A stretch of 59,171 nt of DNA from an uncultured Verrucomicrobiota bacterium (GTDB lineage Bacteria; Verrucomicrobiota; Verrucomicrobiia; Limisphaerales; J093), in the NCBI GenBank assembly GCA_964601985.1, contig CAZRPT010000126.1, positions 1 through 59,171 of the forward strand, read 5' to 3'. Both the position numbers and the translations under genes were made by a program. This document shows, one piece after another, positions 58,958 to 59,171 of the stretch. Position 1 is the stretch's first letter, and each line of letters begins with the position of its first letter. The notes under the pieces are model-generated. The model was given only the letters and a program-made list of their open reading frames with translations. It had not been told where the DNA came from and ran no database searches.

Positions 58958-59171
58958 TCAGCGGCGCACGCGGAGCAGGCGGCCGCCGCCCGGCGGCAGG
59001 CGCAGCTCGACCCGCGCGCCCTTGGCCGCCGACCATTGGCCGGGGGTGGTGGCGAACAGTTCCAGCGGTCCGGGCCCGCGCACCCCTTGGGTCAACGGCG
59101 CGTGGGCGTCGAGGTTGACCACCACAACGTGGGTGGGCGCGGCATTCGCGGCCGGCCCGAAACAGCCCAGC
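58958..59171 (-). CDS. 3' end of a gene running in from beyond the window end (hypothetical; last 70 codons)
   Basis: It is not in the ORF track because no start lies in the window. Minus-frame translation gives ...LGCFGPAANAAPTHVVVVNLDAHAPLTQGVRGPGPLELFATTPGQWSAAKGARVELRLPPGGGRLLRVRR, ending in a TGA at 58958..58960. Third positions are G/C-rich. No family was recognised. Confidence 0.35.
   Translation of the reverse strand, partial: LGCFGPAANAAPTHVVVVNLDAHAPLTQGVRGPGPLELFATTPGQWSAAKGARVELRLPPGGGRLLRVRR

Noticed and set aside
58803-59036. 77-aa minus-strand ORF and the 81-aa plus-strand ORF 58873..59118
   Set aside because: Both have Arg/Pro/Gly/Ala-rich low-complexity translations. Both overlap the better-supported, window-truncated minus-strand frame that ends at 58958.

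Overview
A visibly GC-rich bacterial chromosomal segment. Third codon positions are mostly G/C, which produces very long antisense shadow ORFs. The domain families present suggest a PVC-group organism, probably Verrucomicrobiota; this is inference only. These families are PEP-CTERM proteins, a DUF1800/DUF1501 pair, FGE-sulfatase-domain proteins, and a giant FG-GAP/cadherin-like exoprotein.

About 45 protein genes can be supported.
- Housekeeping blocks: moeB, punA, a stand-alone C-terminal half of carB, a sigma-54 enhancer-binding response regulator, gcvP, the morphogenesis cluster mreB-mreC-mreD-mrdA-rodA-rng, nuoBCDE, sdhCAB and maf.
- Accessory, secreted or sugar-related genes: an SGLT-type symporter plus exported galM, an atypical kinase, a TlpA-like thioredoxin, an SMP-30 lactonase, a 1.87k-residue S8 peptidase/FG-GAP/cadherin-like protein, a GH29-like protein with a discoidin domain, an FGE-domain protein and two PEP-CTERM ORFs.

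I saw no rRNA, tRNA or CRISPR array.

The main non-obvious signals are:
1. A family of composite nested-palindromic intergenic repeats concentrated between 31.6 and 37.5 kb.
2. A 1.28 kb gene-poor island holding a small lipoprotein ORF with a strong terminator.
3. A split carB.
4. A PEP-CTERM ORF separated from an in-frame hydrophobic N-terminal ORF by a single TGA.
5. A shared short ...RF[YF]R[LV] module on three large exported proteins.
6. Two sigma-54-like -24/-12 motifs in front of large exoprotein genes.
7. Two decayed IS remnants.
8. An isolated nuoBCDE block.

No complete, obviously novel multi-gene system (for example a defence island) could be demonstrated from the sequence alone.
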